Position numbers and translations under genes: made by a program. 64,000 nt of DNA from an uncultured Verrucomicrobia subdivision 3 bacterium (GTDB taxonomy: Bacteria > Verrucomicrobiota > Verrucomicrobiia > Limisphaerales > UBA11358), in the NCBI GenBank assembly GCA_903878805.1, contig CAIRJF010000028.1:12529-76528 (forward strand), read 5' to 3'. The notes under the pieces are model-generated. The model worked only from the letters and a program-made list of their open reading frames with translations, searched no databases and was not told the DNA's origin. Positions 18,549-27,572 of this stretch are shown one piece after another (position 1 is the first letter of the stretch; every line of letters starts with the position of its first letter).

Positions 18549-19934
18549 TCAGGAATTGGACAAGGCCGTTGGCGGGATGACACCGGACGCTTCGCTTTCA
18601 TACTCGCGGCGCTTGGTTTGATAAATTTTGCAGACGGGAATAAAAATCACCCAGATGGCGAACGCGTAGCCCATGGCCTCGCCCGTGATGCCCCAGAGCC
18701 GGACCAGCGGCAGGATGAACGTCACGCTCAATACCGCGCACGCCACCGACACCCACATATACGGCTCGCGTTTGTGGGCGCGCAACCGCAAGGCCATCAC
18801 GCCGAAGAGGGTTTCCACCACCGCGCCGCCGGCCAGCCACGCGTTGGCCGCAAAGGGCGCGAGGCGTGCCGGCACGCGGGGCAAGAAGTGGCCGACGAAC
18901 GGCAGCGCCGCCAGAAATGCGCCCATGCCCAGCACACAGATAACAAAGGTCTGGAGACCGCTGCGCCGCCAGAGCGCGTCCAATTCCTGCCAACTGCGCG
19001 CGGCAATCAGCATCCCAAACTTGGGCGACTTGGTGCTCGCCCAGCTCATAGAGAAATTGGCAATCATGCGGACGAGTTGAAAACTCATGCCCAGTTGTCC
19101 CGCCGCCACCGGGCCGCAAAAGTAAAACGCGATGGGATTGATGATGTCGGTCACAAACCAGCCGGACATCCAGCTCACGGCGATGCGCCATTGGAACGGC
19201 CAAATTTCACGCGCCCACGAAACTTCGCCATGCTGCGGCCGCGCCAGAAACTGGCACAGAAACGGTTTCCACCGCACGAGAAGATAGCCCACGGAAAACA
19301 GCAAACTGAACGCCGCGCCAATCGCCGAGGCATAAATGCCCGCGCCCGAAATGAGCGCAATGACGTTCGCCCCAAAGCTCGCCAGCGCCGCCCAGAAACG
19401 GAACTTCGCCAGCACCGCAATCTGGTTGCAACCTTGCAGCAGCGACCACGCCGGATTGATGGCGAGTGAAAATGCTGCCGTCACGGCGATGAGCCACCAC
19501 GCGCCCTGCCAATGAACCGCATGATTGCCGGAGATGCTGAAAAATATGTGTCCGCCAATGCCCACCGCCACCAGAAAAATGGCGGCGGCCGCCGCGTAAT
19601 AGCCGAACGCGAGCCGACCCAAAGAAATGAGCCGCGACTTGGCCACAAGATCGCCCGCGACGGTTTGCGCCGGAGTGAAATGCAGTTTCGCAAATTCGTG
19701 CGCGGCGAACTGGAGGATGTTCTGCGAAAAACCCATTTCCAAAAACACCTGCATCGCGACCACCCCGGCAAACGCATAAAAGTAGCCTTGGATTTCCGGC
19801 GTGAGAAATTTCAGCACCAGCGCCATCGTGATGGGGCCGGTGAAGAGGCGCAGCAACTGCGCGGCGTTGGAAAAAAACACCGCGCGATCCACGCCCGCCC
19901 AGCGCCGGAATTGGTGCAGACGTTGGAGCATCAA
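18549..19934 (-). CDS. Wzx-like polysaccharide flippase
   Basis: About 12 TM segments with LTPEIQGYFYAF, QWRIAVSW and LRAHKREP; adjacent to the glycosyltransferase. Confidence 0.8.
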   Translation of the reverse strand: MMLQRLHQFRRWAGVDRAVFFSNAAQLLRLFTGPITMALVLKFLTPEIQGYFYAFAGVVAMQVFLEMGFSQNILQFAAHEFAKLHFTPAQTVAGDLVAKSRLISLGRLAFGYYAAAAAIFLVAVGIGGHIFFSISGNHAVHWQGAWWLIAVTAAFSLAINPAWSLLQGCNQIAVLAKFRFWAALASFGANVIALISGAGIYASAIGAAFSLLFSVGYLLVRWKPFLCQFLARPQHGEVSWAREIWPFQWRIAVSWMSGWFVTDIINPIAFYFCGPVAAGQLGMSFQLVRMIANFSMSWASTKSPKFGMLIAARSWQELDALWRRSGLQTFVICVLGMGAFLAALPFVGHFLPRVPARLAPFAANAWLAGGAVVETLFGVMALRLRAHKREPYMWVSVACAVLSVTFILPLVRLWGITGEAMGYAFAIWVIFIPVCKIYQTKRREYESEASGVIPPTALSNS

Positions 19935-20048
19935 GACAGGCGGCGCTCAAGTCGGGCGGCGGTGAAAACAAGTTCGTTCATTGCTGGCAGGGCATCTTGC
20001 CTAGACCGGCAGTCCAAAGAAAGCGGAAAGCTGGGAAACCAACCAGAG

Positions 20049-20123
20049 CCGCGAACCAGACGAAATACGCGAACAAAAACAAATTTTCCGAACGGGTTTC
20101 GCGTATTTGGCAAATTTTGCGGT
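20049..20123. repeat. Degenerate inverted repeat of 9-bp CGCGAAATA-like units
   Basis: CCGCGAACCAGACGAAATACGCGAA ... TTCGCGTATTTGGCAAATTTTGCGG. Confidence 0.55.
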
Positions 20124-20187
20124 TGGCTGCTGATTCCAAAATTTCCACCAACCCGAGGCCGACGACGTTGTGGAACGAAACCGGCGG

Positions 20188-21132
20188 TTAAGTCAATTTT
20201 CCCAGCCGCCGTGCCCGTTCGGCTTCTAAATATTTCCTGGCAATGTCTGTGTCGCGCTCATGGAACACGGTGATGTCCATGTAATATATTTCGCTATTTT
20301 TCCCGTCGGCATAGTCATGCAGGTCTTTGATTTTCTCCCTTTCCGTCAGCGTGGCTGAACAGATGAATCGACCTTTAGCATCGTGAAAAGCGATGATGGA
20401 ATAGCCCAGTTCCGCGAGTGAGAAAAGGGTGTCCAACCCCGGTTCGCCGATGAGTTCCATGCTCTGCCGGTTGTATTCAAAAAAAATTACCGGCGAAACC
20501 TGCCGGAGAAAATTCGTAGCTCCGCGAATGATGGCGCAGTCAAAACCTTCTGTGTCAATCTTCAGCAGTTTGTAATTCTCCCCGCCCGGTTGCGTCACAA
20601 TGAAGTCGTCAAACCGCATGACCTTGATGGATTTGGTGGCCGCTGCCGTGCCCGGCAGGATGGTGGTGTTCCAACCGGCGCAGGCCAGACTGGCCGTGAT
20701 GGTCTCGGTTTTTTCCGCCAGAAACAACTTGTGCGCCGTGGTGTTCGAAAGTTGTATTACGTTTTTCTGAAGAAATTCAAAACTCTTGTCGTCGCCCTCG
20801 ATGCACAGCACCGGCACATCCTCCGCCGTTTTGATCAGGCACGCGGTGTCCCCGACATTGGCGCCGATGTCAACGACCGCCAAGCTGGAATATTTTTTCC
20901 GAGTAAGCGTGGTCAGCAGGCCAAGCTGACCAATGAAGCCGGGGTTAGATTCATAATACGAATACATCGGATTGATGCCGGGAACCTGAATGACATAACG
21001 GCCGACCCGCGTGGGGATGATCGCGTTTGGCAAATGCCATTTCACTTTGCGCGTGCGCTGGAGGGCAAAGCCCAACGGCGACAACGTCCAGTTGAGAGCG
21101 TTTTTGAAGCGGTGAAATAGGTTGAGCGGCAT
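20188..21132 (-). CDS. FkbM-family SAM-dependent methyltransferase
   Basis: VVDIGANVGD, KLLKIDTEGFD, PVIFFEY. Confidence 0.88.
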   Translation of the reverse strand: MPLNLFHRFKNALNWTLSPLGFALQRTRKVKWHLPNAIIPTRVGRYVIQVPGINPMYSYYESNPGFIGQLGLLTTLTRKKYSSLAVVDIGANVGDTACLIKTAEDVPVLCIEGDDKSFEFLQKNVIQLSNTTAHKLFLAEKTETITASLACAGWNTTILPGTAAATKSIKVMRFDDFIVTQPGGENYKLLKIDTEGFDCAIIRGATNFLRQVSPVIFFEYNRQSMELIGEPGLDTLFSLAELGYSIIAFHDAKGRFICSATLTEREKIKDLHDYADGKNSEIYYMDITVFHERDTDIARKYLEAERARRLGKLT

Positions 21133-21281
21133 GTAAATGAGAGTGAAAGCGCTGACTTCAGCAGCAGGGGTTGGTGGCGCGCAATTGTTTCATGGTTGAT
21201 TTACTCATGTTGCCGGACTCGTTAGTGCCGATTCAATACATTTTTGATCACATGCATTAACGTTTTGAGAAGCTGGCGGAG

Positions 21282-21689
21282 TCACTCCAAAACTTCAACC
21301 AGACCGATGCCCACGACGTTGTAAAACGAAACGGGGCGTCCGCCGAATAGCGGCGCGGGAGTGGCGGGCGAAATGCACATCGGGCGTAAACCTGCCGCTT
21401 CCAATCCGGCGAGTGCGGCGGCGATATTATCCGTCTCGTAGCAGAGGTGATAAATGATGCCGTTCGCGTGGCGTTGCGCGAGTTTGTCAATCGGGCCGGT
21501 GGTGTCGCCGGGCCAGATGATTTCTACCGCCGGATGCGCGGCGTGCGTGCAGAGTTGCAGGTGGATGTTTTGTGCGGGATCAAAAACAAATGCGCCCAAC
21601 GCATAGCCGAGCGCGGCGACAAATTTGCGCGCTTCGTCGGGACGCCGCACGGCGAGCCCGAAATGGTGAAAGGTCAGATGCGCGTTCAT
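21282..21689 (-). CDS. VOC-family (methylmalonyl-CoA epimerase/glyoxalase-like) protein
   Basis: FHHFGLAV, EII, YHLCYE, LVEVLE metal-ligand pattern. ATG at 21689. Confidence 0.8.
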   Translation of the reverse strand: MNAHLTFHHFGLAVRRPDEARKFVAALGYALGAFVFDPAQNIHLQLCTHAAHPAVEIIWPGDTTGPIDKLAQRHANGIIYHLCYETDNIAAALAGLEAAGLRPMCISPATPAPLFGGRPVSFYNVVGIGLVEVLE

Positions 21690-21695
21690 AAAATC

Positions 21696-21833
21696 AACCA
21701 CAGATAAACACAGATGGACACGGATACGGAGAAACTTTGACACTAATTACACGGATCTTCACTAAAAGAATTGGTGCCGATTCGTGAAATTCGTGTCTAA
21801 AAAATCGGTGTTTATCTGTGTGCATCCGTGGTT
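21696..21833. repeat. Nested inverted-repeat elements
   Basis: Outer arms AACCACAGATAAACACAGATGGACACGGAT / ATCGGTGTTTATCTGTGTGCATCCGTGGTT enclose inner arms GACACTAATTACACGGAT / ATTCGTGAAATTCGTGTC (21739-21797). Confidence 0.75.
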
Positions 21834-21841
21834 AAAATAGT

Positions 21842-23059
21842 TCAGCGTAGGACGGAGAAAATTTCTTTGATCTGCGGGAAGGTGTTCGCGAAGAAAATCA
21901 AACTCGCACCGCAGTAGCAAAATGTCAGCACCACAGCGATGGCACGAATCCATTGATTGTCGTTGTAGGCTTTGAATCGTTCGCGGCCCAATTTCTTTTT
22001 GAGGAAGATGGTGTAGTAATGATTCGCCACCACGCCGAGCGCGTGCACCGCGCCATAAGCGGCAAAGTTCCAGCCGCAGCCGTGCCAGATGCCGACGAGC
22101 AAAAACACAATCGTGATGGTTAGCGCGATGGCGTGGTCGGCCAGTTGGATGCCCATTTTGGTGACGAGGAATTTTGACAGCGGCGAGAACACGACATCGC
22201 GCATCCACACGGACAGCGTGATGTGCCAGCGGTTCCAGAAATCCTTCACGTTGCGCGCGGCGAAGGGATTGTCGAAATTTTCCGGAACGGGAATGCCGAT
22301 GAGTGCCGCCGCGCCGATGGCCATGTCGCAGAAGCCGGAGAAGTTCAGGTAGAGATACAGATAATAAAACAGCATCGCCACCGGCAAATCCATCCAGTGA
22401 TGCGGATGGTCGTCGAGCAGCAGGCCGGAATAGGTGAGCTGGTTGCAGAGACCGGCGAGGAACAGGTATTTGACCGCGCCCACGAGGATGCGCAGCGCGG
22501 CGCGACCGACGGGAACTACGTAGCGTTCCGTAAAGCCGCGCCGGAAATTGGCGTAGGTGTTGATCGGGCCGACGGGCATGGTGGGCAGGAAAAAGGCGAA
22601 GTTGACGTATTCGAGGAAGTTCGGTTTTGGCACCGCGCCGTTGCGGATTTCCAAAACCAGTCGGCTGCACCGGAAGGCGAGATACGAAATGCCGATCATC
22701 TGCGGCACGCCGCGCCACGACTTGCCGAGCGCGTGGCCGAGCGCCACATACCATTCGCCCGGCACATAGCGCACGATAATCAACGCCGCGATGGGTGCAA
22801 AAAAGGCGAGCCACGGCCAGCGGCCGCGTTTATTCGCGAACAAAAGCAGGACGAAATAAAGCGCAACGATGAGCGCCAGATAAATGACGAAGCGCAAGAC
22901 GTAATGCTCCTTGCCACCATAAAAGAGGAACGCAAAAACGCTCGCAACATTCAGCCCGGCCAGCGTTGCTTCGCGGACATGTCCGCCGAGCTGCCGCATG
23001 GCGACGCGTCCGGCAAAAACATAAGCCAGCAGCCCGCCAATCAAATAAATCCTGTCCAT
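21842..23059 (-). CDS. MBOAT O-acyltransferase (DltB/AlgI family)
   Basis: GISYLAFR, GPI, YLNFSGFCDMAIG, PENFDNPF, FWNRWHITLS and catalytic-His motif VGIWHG. Confidence 0.92.
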   Translation of the reverse strand: MDRIYLIGGLLAYVFAGRVAMRQLGGHVREATLAGLNVASVFAFLFYGGKEHYVLRFVIYLALIVALYFVLLLFANKRGRWPWLAFFAPIAALIIVRYVPGEWYVALGHALGKSWRGVPQMIGISYLAFRCSRLVLEIRNGAVPKPNFLEYVNFAFFLPTMPVGPINTYANFRRGFTERYVVPVGRAALRILVGAVKYLFLAGLCNQLTYSGLLLDDHPHHWMDLPVAMLFYYLYLYLNFSGFCDMAIGAAALIGIPVPENFDNPFAARNVKDFWNRWHITLSVWMRDVVFSPLSKFLVTKMGIQLADHAIALTITIVFLLVGIWHGCGWNFAAYGAVHALGVVANHYYTIFLKKKLGRERFKAYNDNQWIRAIAVVLTFCYCGASLIFFANTFPQIKEIFSVLR

Positions 23060-23062
23060 GCG

Positions 23063-23185
23063 TCAGAACCCCTGATACACCACGCGGGCATTGAGCAAGT
23101 TGGCGGGCGCATTCAGCACCAGCCACACGGCGGCGAGCGACAGCACGACGACCAGCGTGTAGATGAGCCTTTCAATGACTTTCAT
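23063..23185 (-). CDS. DltX-like 40-aa membrane microprotein (acyl shuttle)
   Basis: Manual translation: MKVIERLIYTLVVVLSLAAVWLVLNAPANLLNARVVYQGF*. One TM helix plus terminal VVYQGF; stop lies 3 bp before the MBOAT ATG. Confidence 0.85.
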   Translation of the reverse strand: MKVIERLIYTLVVVLSLAAVWLVLNAPANLLNARVVYQGF

Positions 23186-23373
23186 AAAAGCGAATCAGCC
23201 GCGCGCGAAGGCCGCCGCCATCCGGGTTGAAGCAAAAGCCGGTCGCATGATTGACGCCAACCGATAGCAAGCCTGCCGCGCGTAGGCAAATTCAAAATCA
23301 AGCGGGTGCGAAATCTCTGTTCTCGGCATTTTTATCTGTGTCCATCGGTGTGCATCTGTGGTTTAATCCATCG

Positions 23374-24750
23374 GTGAACATTACAAATTTGAATCCCGAC
23401 TCAGACATCGGCTCAAGTGCGTGGATGGTCGAGTTGGACGAACATCGCATTTTGCTCGACGCGGGGATGCACCCGAAACGCGAGGGTCTCGACGCGGTTC
23501 CGCGTTACGGCAAGTCCGGCACGCATGACGTGGATGCGATCGCGATTTCGCATTGCCATCACGATCACGTCGGTTCGCTGCCGCTGGCGTGCCGGCAATT
23601 TCCCAAGGCGCACGTTTTGATGACGGAGTTGAGCTATCTGCTCATCGAACGCGTATTGCACAATTCCGTCAACGTGATGACGCGTCAGCGCGACGAGCTG
23701 GGCATCCGCGAATACCCGCTCTACACGCACGACGAACTGGACGACATCGCGGCGCATTTCCAGGGCTTCAAATATAATCGCGAAGTGGAATGGTCGGCGT
23801 ATCACAAGGCGCGCGCGGGGATGCCGTCGCCGACGCTGGAATTTTTTGACGCCGGCCACACGCTCGGTTCGGCGGGAATTTTATTGCGCGGAAAAAAGGA
23901 AACTTTGTTTTACACGGGCGACGTGTGTTTCCACGACCAGACGATTTTGAAAAGCGCGCGGTTCGAGGACGTGAAGGCGGATGTTTTAATTATGGAAACG
24001 ACGCGTGGCAATCGCGAGGTGCCAAAAGAATTCACGCGGGAAAAAGAAATCGAGCGGCTGGTGGCGGCGATTCACGCGGCGGAAAAAAAGAAGGGTGCGA
24101 TCATGATTCCGTCGTTCGCGCTCGGGCGCACGCAGGAAATGCTGGCGCTGCTGGCGCTGCTGATGCGCGAGGGCAAATTGAAGAAGCAGCCCATTTATAT
24201 TGGCGGGCTGGGGCGCGTGTTCACGGAGATTTACGACATTGAGGCCGCACGCACGCACCGGCAACACACGAATTTGCATTTGAACGACGCGCTGCAATTG
24301 ATTGTTTTGGAAAAAGGTCAGGCGGACAGCATGAAGTTGAGCGGCGGGAAAATTTTCGTCATCACGGCGGGCATGATGAGCGAGAACACGGCGGCGCACA
24401 CGCTCGCAACGCGGATGGTCGGTGACGAGAAGCAGAGTATTTTCTTTGTCGGTTACGCGGATCCAGATTCACCGGCAGGACATTTGAAGGCGGCGAAACT
24501 GGGCGAGACGTTTGTGTTCAGTCCGAGCGCGGGTCAGTTGACGAAGCGTTGCGACGTGCAGGATTTTGATCTGACGGCGCACGCGAATCGCGGCGACTTG
24601 CTGGAGTTCGTCGGCCAAGTTTCGCCGCGCGCGATTCTGCTCGGTCACGGCGATGACGCGGCGCGGAAATGGTTCGAGGAACAAATCAATTTGCGCTGGC
24701 CGAAGATCAAAGTTTATCAACCGCAACCGGCGAAGATGGTTTCGGTATAG
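23374..24750 (+). CDS. MBL-fold beta-CASP ribonuclease
   Basis: LLDAG, SHCHHDH, AGHTLGS, YTGD, METT, PSFALGRTQE, TAHA, LGHG. The likely start is GTG at 23374; the longer track ORF reads through a repeat. Confidence 0.88.
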   Translation: MNITNLNPDSDIGSSAWMVELDEHRILLDAGMHPKREGLDAVPRYGKSGTHDVDAIAISHCHHDHVGSLPLACRQFPKAHVLMTELSYLLIERVLHNSVNVMTRQRDELGIREYPLYTHDELDDIAAHFQGFKYNREVEWSAYHKARAGMPSPTLEFFDAGHTLGSAGILLRGKKETLFYTGDVCFHDQTILKSARFEDVKADVLIMETTRGNREVPKEFTREKEIERLVAAIHAAEKKKGAIMIPSFALGRTQEMLALLALLMREGKLKKQPIYIGGLGRVFTEIYDIEAARTHRQHTNLHLNDALQLIVLEKGQADSMKLSGGKIFVITAGMMSENTAAHTLATRMVGDEKQSIFFVGYADPDSPAGHLKAAKLGETFVFSPSAGQLTKRCDVQDFDLTAHANRGDLLEFVGQVSPRAILLGHGDDAARKWFEEQINLRWPKIKVYQPQPAKMVSV

Positions 24751-24773
24751 TTATAAATTTATTTTTGCAAAGC

Positions 24774-24820
24774 AAAACCGCCGGACGAAAATTTTTTCGT
24801 CCGGCGGTTTTTTGTTTTTT
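24774..24820. terminator. Bidirectional intrinsic terminator
   Basis: AAAACCGCCGGACGAAA-att-TTTCGTCCGGCGGTTTTTT between convergent genes. Confidence 0.85.
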
Positions 24821-24827
24821 AGATTTT

Positions 24828-25904
24828 TCAGTGGCCGCTGACGATGTTCGCCAGGTTGAAAATGGGCAGGAACATACAGATGACCATGCCGCCGATGACG
24901 ACGCCGAGGAAGACGATGAGGAGCGGCTCGATGAGCGACATGAGCCCGGAGAGGATGCCTTCGATTTCTTCGTCAAGGAAGTCGGCGACACGTTCAAGCA
25001 TATTGTCAATGTTGCCAGTCTGTTCCCCGGCGCTCAGCATGCGGATGATCATGCTGGGGAAAACGGGATGCTTGGCCAGCGCGGCGGAAATGCCTTCGCC
25101 GCGTTCGATGTCGGTGGCGGAACTCTTGATGGCTTTTTCCATGACGGTGTTGCCGACGGTCTGGGAGACGATTTGCAGGACTTCAAGGATCGGCACGCCG
25201 CTGCGGACGAGTGAGGCCAGCGTGCGGGTGAAGCGGGCGAGGCAAATTTTATGCGCGATGGGGCCGAAGACAGGCAGCTTGATGCGGAGCTTGTCCCAGA
25301 AGTCGCGGCCTTGCGGGGTTTTGAGAAAATAAAACCAGCCCCATACGGCGGCCCCAACCAGCACCAGCAGATAAATCAGGTAATGTTGGACAATCTCACT
25401 TATGTCAATGAGGATTTGCGTGGGCGCGGGCAGCTTGGCGCCGAAGCCGGAATAAACCTCCTTGAACGTGGGAATGACCCGCACGAGCAGAAAGATGGTG
25501 ATGCCAATGGCCACGATGGTGACAACTGTGGGATACATCAGCGCGGTTTTTACTTTTTTGCGGAGGCGCTCGGTGTTTTCCAAGTAAGTGGCGAGGCGGC
25601 CCAAAATTTCCGCCAACAAACCGCCTTTTTCACCGGCGGAAACCATGGAGACATAAAGTTTGTTGAAGGCCTTTGGGTGGCGGATCAGCGCTTCGGAAAA
25701 ACTTTCGCCACTCTCCACGCGCGTGCAGACATCGCGGATGGTGTCGCGCATGACTTTGTTCGGCGTTTGGTCGGCGAGCGCCTGCAGTGCTTGAACGATG
25801 GCGATACCGGCGTCAATCATCGTGGCAAGCTGGCGCGTGAAGACGACTAGGTCAGCCAGCGAAACTTTGCCGACGCGGCAGATAGTCAGCACAATTTGTT
25901 CCAA
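24828..25904 (-). CDS. pilC: Type IV pilus/T2SS platform protein PilC/GspF, N-terminus appears short
   Basis: FTRQLATMIDAG, AGEKGG, ARFTRTLASLVRSGVPIL, GEQTG, IEPLLIVFLG...MFLPIF. Confidence 0.85.
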   Translation of the reverse strand: MEQIVLTICRVGKVSLADLVVFTRQLATMIDAGIAIVQALQALADQTPNKVMRDTIRDVCTRVESGESFSEALIRHPKAFNKLYVSMVSAGEKGGLLAEILGRLATYLENTERLRKKVKTALMYPTVVTIVAIGITIFLLVRVIPTFKEVYSGFGAKLPAPTQILIDISEIVQHYLIYLLVLVGAAVWGWFYFLKTPQGRDFWDKLRIKLPVFGPIAHKICLARFTRTLASLVRSGVPILEVLQIVSQTVGNTVMEKAIKSSATDIERGEGISAALAKHPVFPSMIIRMLSAGEQTGNIDNMLERVADFLDEEIEGILSGLMSLIEPLLIVFLGVVIGGMVICMFLPIFNLANIVSGH

Positions 25905-26081
25905 TAAAAAATTCAGCGCAGTTTCAGCGCATTGTAAAACGATGCAAATTCAGTTCTTCACCGCGGGAAACGCGGATTTTTGCTTAATTAAAATGACGAT
26001 TAACTTAGTTAAAAAATGCCTTATTTACTTAAAGTGCTGCAAATCAAATTTTTGCGTGAAGCAATTTAACAAAAAAAATTG

Positions 26082-26110
26082 TTGTCAAAGGCCGTGATTT
26101 TCCCTAATTT
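26082..26110 (+). promoter_or_regulatory. Sigma70-type promoter of the porin gene
   Basis: TTGTCA-N17-TAATTT preceded by A/T tracts. Confidence 0.55.
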
Positions 26111-26202
26111 TGAAATCAAACGCACCTTCAAGGTGCTGGGGCAAACTGTTTTTGCCCCGCGCAAACAGTAAACAAACAAACCAAACAACATCGGAGGAAC
26201 AG

Positions 26203-27486
26203 ATGAAGTTTAATAAATGGACATTGGGTCTCGCCGCCGTCGGAGCCGTCAGCATGGCTTCCGCCGTTCGCGCAGACGACGCACCGAAACCGAGCGCCCT
26301 CAACACGGCTCTCTCAAACACCACCATCAGCGGCTATGTCAGTGCATCGGCCAACTGGACGGCCAGCCCTGACAATGTTAGCTCTCCCGGCACCGCAATC
26401 CCGTTGCAGGCCGGCAAACAAAACGGCTTCAACCTTGATGTCGTGAAGCTCACGATTGCGAAGCCGGAAGACACCACTCCGTGGGCCTCTGGATATCATG
26501 TGGACCTGCTCTTCGGTCCGGATGCTGCTGGCTACAATAATTCCGTCTCCAGCAACACTGGCTACCGGAATTCCCAAGGCGAAGTAGCCATCCAGCAGGC
26601 TTTCATCACCTTGCGCACGCCCGTGGGCAATGGCATTGACTGGAAAGTTGGCGTGTTTAACACCGTCATCGGCTATGAATCTTTCGATGCCGGCAGCAAT
26701 CCGAACTACACCCGTTCATGGGGCTGGGCGGTTGAGCCGACCGAGCACACTGGTGTCTTGGCCTCCTACACGGTCAGTGACGAATTATCCTTCAATGCCG
26801 GCGTAGCGAATACGCTTTCTTCTGGCATCAACACTCGCAATGGCTACAAAGACCAAGGCGAAGTGAACAATGGCGCGTGGAATAAGACCGTCATGGGTTC
26901 TGGCACCTTCTCGGCTCCGAGCAGTTGGGGTTGGGCCTCTGGCTCTGCGTTCTACGTCGGCATGGTCTATGGTTGGGCCGCTGGCACCCAAAGCGGTAAT
27001 CAGCAGAACGTTCAGCAGAGCTATCCTGCTGGTGGCGACCAGGGCGGCAATCAGCAGAACTATTATGCTGGTGCAACGCTTAACAGCCCTTGGAAAAACG
27101 TCACCTTCGGTGCCGCCTTCGATTACGTTCAAAACTTGGGTGGAACCGCGACCTTTGGCCTGCATGCGGATGATTACATCTTTGGCCTGTATAACACCAT
27201 CAAAGCTACGGACAAGTTGAGCTTCAACACCCGTGGTGAATACTGGGAAGTTAATGCCAAAGGCGGTCCGAATGGCAGCTCACTCGGTAGTGACACGGGC
27301 ATTTCGCTCACCGAAACGGTTGAATACGACCTCTGGGCGAATGTCGTCAGCCGCTTGGAGTTCCGTTATGACAAGGTCATTGAAAGCGATTACGCCAACG
27401 TCATCGGCTATGTTTTGCCGACCGGCGCGTTTGTTGATAACGCGAGTTCCTACGGCGTTTACGCCAACATCATCTACAAGTTCTAA
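26203..27486 (+). CDS. Outer-membrane beta-barrel porin (BBP2/DUF1597-like)
   Basis: GGAGG RBS, signal peptide, TTISGYV, G.F.TVIGYE, NYTRS, C-terminal IIYKF. Confidence 0.85.
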   Translation: MKFNKWTLGLAAVGAVSMASAVRADDAPKPSALNTALSNTTISGYVSASANWTASPDNVSSPGTAIPLQAGKQNGFNLDVVKLTIAKPEDTTPWASGYHVDLLFGPDAAGYNNSVSSNTGYRNSQGEVAIQQAFITLRTPVGNGIDWKVGVFNTVIGYESFDAGSNPNYTRSWGWAVEPTEHTGVLASYTVSDELSFNAGVANTLSSGINTRNGYKDQGEVNNGAWNKTVMGSGTFSAPSSWGWASGSAFYVGMVYGWAAGTQSGNQQNVQQSYPAGGDQGGNQQNYYAGATLNSPWKNVTFGAAFDYVQNLGGTATFGLHADDYIFGLYNTIKATDKLSFNTRGEYWEVNAKGGPNGSSLGSDTGISLTETVEYDLWANVVSRLEFRYDKVIESDYANVIGYVLPTGAFVDNASSYGVYANIIYKF

Positions 27487-27504
27487 TTTAATTTAGAATC
27501 CTTG

Positions 27505-27535
27505 GCCCCTTTCGGTTCGCCGAAAGGGGCTTTTT
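27505..27535 (+). terminator. Intrinsic terminator
   Basis: GCCCCTTTCGG-TTCG-CCGAAAGGGGC-TTTTT. Confidence 0.9.
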
Positions 27536-27572
27536 GTTTCCCCTTCCGGAAACTTCCGGCATAATTTCTTCC

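Noticed and set aside
23251-23373. N-terminal extension of the beta-CASP nuclease
   Set aside because: It translates a repeat arm (LSVSIGVHLWF); the MBL fold starts at GTG 23374.
26138-26170. c-di-GMP-I riboswitch (GGCAAAC)
   Set aside because: It lacks the GNRA tetraloop/receptor and the other conserved elements; kept only as an unnamed structured leader.
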